64,000 nt of DNA from Candidatus Bathyarchaeota archaeon (GTDB taxonomy: Archaea; Thermoproteota; Bathyarchaeia; Bathyarchaeales; DTEX01). A program made the translations under genes and the position numbers. Within the stretch, counting starts at the first letter, position 1. Every line of letters starts with the position of its first letter. The notes under the pieces were generated by a model. That model searched no databases, was not told the DNA's origin, and saw only the letters and a program-made list of their open reading frames with translations. Positions 62,371 to 64,000 of this stretch are shown here, in pieces. The DNA lies in assembly GCA_963714275.1 (NCBI GenBank), contig CAVQNT010000006.1, positions 224,001-288,000 of the forward strand, read 5' to 3'.

Positions 62371-63210
62371 TTGCGAATGAAACAAGTATCTCCATTAATC
62401 TTTGCGATAACAATTTTTTTAGTAGCCACCTCGATAATAGCAATGAATCGCATAATAATTAAAAACCAAACCGTGATGAAAACCCTCAGATACGGCGGAG
62501 AAAACCGTTCATACTGGATTTTCGTCCCCTCGGGCTACAACGGTTCAGATCCTGTTCCGCTGGTGGTGATGCTTCACGGTGCAGGAGGAAACGGCAGGGG
62601 AGCTGACGAAATGAGTGGCTGGTCGACCATAGCGGAATCCGAGGGCTTCATTACCGTGTTTCCTGACGGCGGCGTGTGGAATATCTACGATTGGAATGGC
62701 ACAGGCAGAGATGACGACGGGTTCTTGTTGGCTATCATCAACAAGGTTCAAGAAGACTACGTGATTGATACTAGCCGAATCTACATGACGGGGCACTCGA
62801 TGGGAGCAGGCATGACCATCACATTTGCATTAGAGCACGCCGACATTTTGGCAGCCATCGCACCAGCCTCTGGACCGTGGCTAATCAGCAACCGTTCGTT
62901 CAACATTGACCCACGCTCGGTTCCACAACTCAACGTCCCCATCCCAGTGTACATCTGGCGAGGAGGAAACGAGGAATGGCCGTCGGCAAATGAGAATAGG
63001 CTTCAGATTCAGTATTGGGTAAAATTAGATAAAGATAACGAGATTCCCCAAGTCATCAGAGAAGGTTTGTACATAACCGAAATCTACGCAGGCGGAGACG
63101 CGAAGGTCATGTATACAGAAATAAAGGATGGCAACCACGACTCCTACAGGCATGGGACGACCCAAAAAATATGGTACGAATTCTTCAAAAACCTTAGAAG
63201 AAACCCATAA
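62371..63210 (+). CDS. PHB-depolymerase/LpqC-like secreted or membrane-anchored esterase
   Basis: N-terminal TM, PLVVMLHGAGG, GFITVFPDG, RIYMTGHSMGAGM (GxSxG), C-terminal GNH...IWYEFF. Confidence 0.85.
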   Translation: MRMKQVSPLIFAITIFLVATSIIAMNRIIIKNQTVMKTLRYGGENRSYWIFVPSGYNGSDPVPLVVMLHGAGGNGRGADEMSGWSTIAESEGFITVFPDGGVWNIYDWNGTGRDDDGFLLAIINKVQEDYVIDTSRIYMTGHSMGAGMTITFALEHADILAAIAPASGPWLISNRSFNIDPRSVPQLNVPIPVYIWRGGNEEWPSANENRLQIQYWVKLDKDNEIPQVIREGLYITEIYAGGDAKVMYTEIKDGNHDSYRHGTTQKIWYEFFKNLRRNP

Positions 63211-63308
63211 CCGTAAAAAAACCTGCACAAACCTAAAAATAACTTGGAGAACAATCTTAGCAAATAACGAAAAACATATATTCAGTCTGTCATTTTTGAA
63301 AGGATTGT

Positions 63309-63491
63309 CGGGCGGTAGCTCAGCTTGGCAGAGCTTCCGGCTGTAGGCGTCTACCGTGCGGTGGATGCTGCTCAGCTGCCGAGCGTACAGAAACCGGACC
63401 GTCGCAGGAGAACCGAAGCAAGCCTTCGGTTCGGTGAATTCAAAATAGGATGGCTGAAAAGCTGCCTATGAAAGTCCCGCCCGCCCGACCA
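63309..63491 (+). tRNA. tRNA-Tyr(GTA) with three introns (63347-63392, 63409-63438, 63445-63474), CCA encoded
   Basis: Acceptor CGGGCGG/CCGCCCG-A-CCA (C1:G72, A73), D-arm GCTC/GAGC, anticodon stem TCCGG/CCGGA with CT-GTA-G; the T-arm GCAGG-TTCAAAT-CCCGC is restored after removing two hairpin introns. Confidence 0.88.
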
Positions 63492-63497
63492 CTAAAA

Positions 63498-64000
63498 TTA
63501 TAGCGTATTTGCTGGTTCAACGGTTTCTTGCAGTTTCACGCCCTGCAATCTGCCTATGGCTTTTACTAGTGACGGTACAAACAGTGCGAAGATTATGGTG
63601 TTTGTGAACGTGTGGATGATGGGAGGATAAGGCATATAGATGGTAGGAATGAAGGTCAACAAGATTGCCTCCCAAACGGAACTATAATACACGGAGTAAG
63701 CCAAGTAAAAGCCCACACTTCCAAGCACATCATAGGTGAAAGTCAACAGGAACCCCAAAAAAGCCAATTCCACAATCATCCTTCGGCTCATTTTTTGGGT
63801 GCTATACCTTTTTCCAAGGATTCCGCCTACTATACCGTAGAGTGCACCAAGCCCAATCATTACTGCGAGAAGTATCGGAGTAGTAACAAAAAGAAAGGCT
63901 GCAGGACTAGTGAGTGGATAAGGAATCAACATTATAATTGCTACGGAAATGGCGCCATCCAAGGCTCCGACCACCAATCCGAACATAAGCCCGCTAACAA
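63498..64000 (-). CDS. Membrane protein, probable ECF transporter S component; 5' end off-window
   Basis: G-LFGLVVG pattern, multiple TM segments, LTFTYD...HTFTNTIIFAL. Confidence 0.6.
   Translation of the reverse strand, partial: VSGLMFGLVVGALDGAISVAIIMLIPYPLTSPAAFLFVTTPILLAVMIGLGALYGIVGGILGKRYSTQKMSRRMIVELAFLGFLLTFTYDVLGSVGFYLAYSVYYSSVWEAILLTFIPTIYMPYPPIIHTFTNTIIFALFVPSLVKAIGRLQGVKLQETVEPANTL

Noticed and set aside
63347-63474. Box C/D guide RNA inside the tRNA introns
   Set aside because: No RTGATGA/CTGA pair in a proper arrangement, and the introns are too short.

Overview
Archaeal chromosomal segment, most likely from a TACK lineage such as Bathyarchaeia. That assignment is an inference from archaeal rpoB/rpoA/rpl30e/nusA/rps12 with an apparently unsplit RpoA, SMC-ScpA-ScpB, and the H4MPT/methanofuran C1 genes fwdA, fwdC and mch. 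The window is mostly housekeeping: the RNA polymerase operon, an smc-scpA-scpB-rps8e-srp19-gar1-tfb cluster, a nitrogen-assimilation block around glnA, three tRNA genes and a few accessory genes. I saw no CRISPR array, transposase, integrase or rRNA. Main observations: (1) about 30 of the roughly 37 frameshifts I counted by hand, many in essential genes, sit in or beside a repairable AGCT tetranucleotide. This looks like the footprint of AGCT DNA methylation on long-read base-calling rather than real pseudogenisation. (2) A tRNA-Tyr(GTA) gene is split by three introns (37/38, 53/54, 59/60) with a 6-nt micro-exon. (3) A ~1620-aa tandem, asymmetric double UvrA with four ABC domains and no uvrB/uvrC nearby is translationally coupled to a QW-repeat alpha-toroid protein. 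(4) glnA is followed by two stand-alone Lrp ligand-binding domains and a Re-citrate-synthase-like enzyme, and shares a palindromic operator with an amino-acid permease. All calls come from reading motifs by eye; no searches were run.
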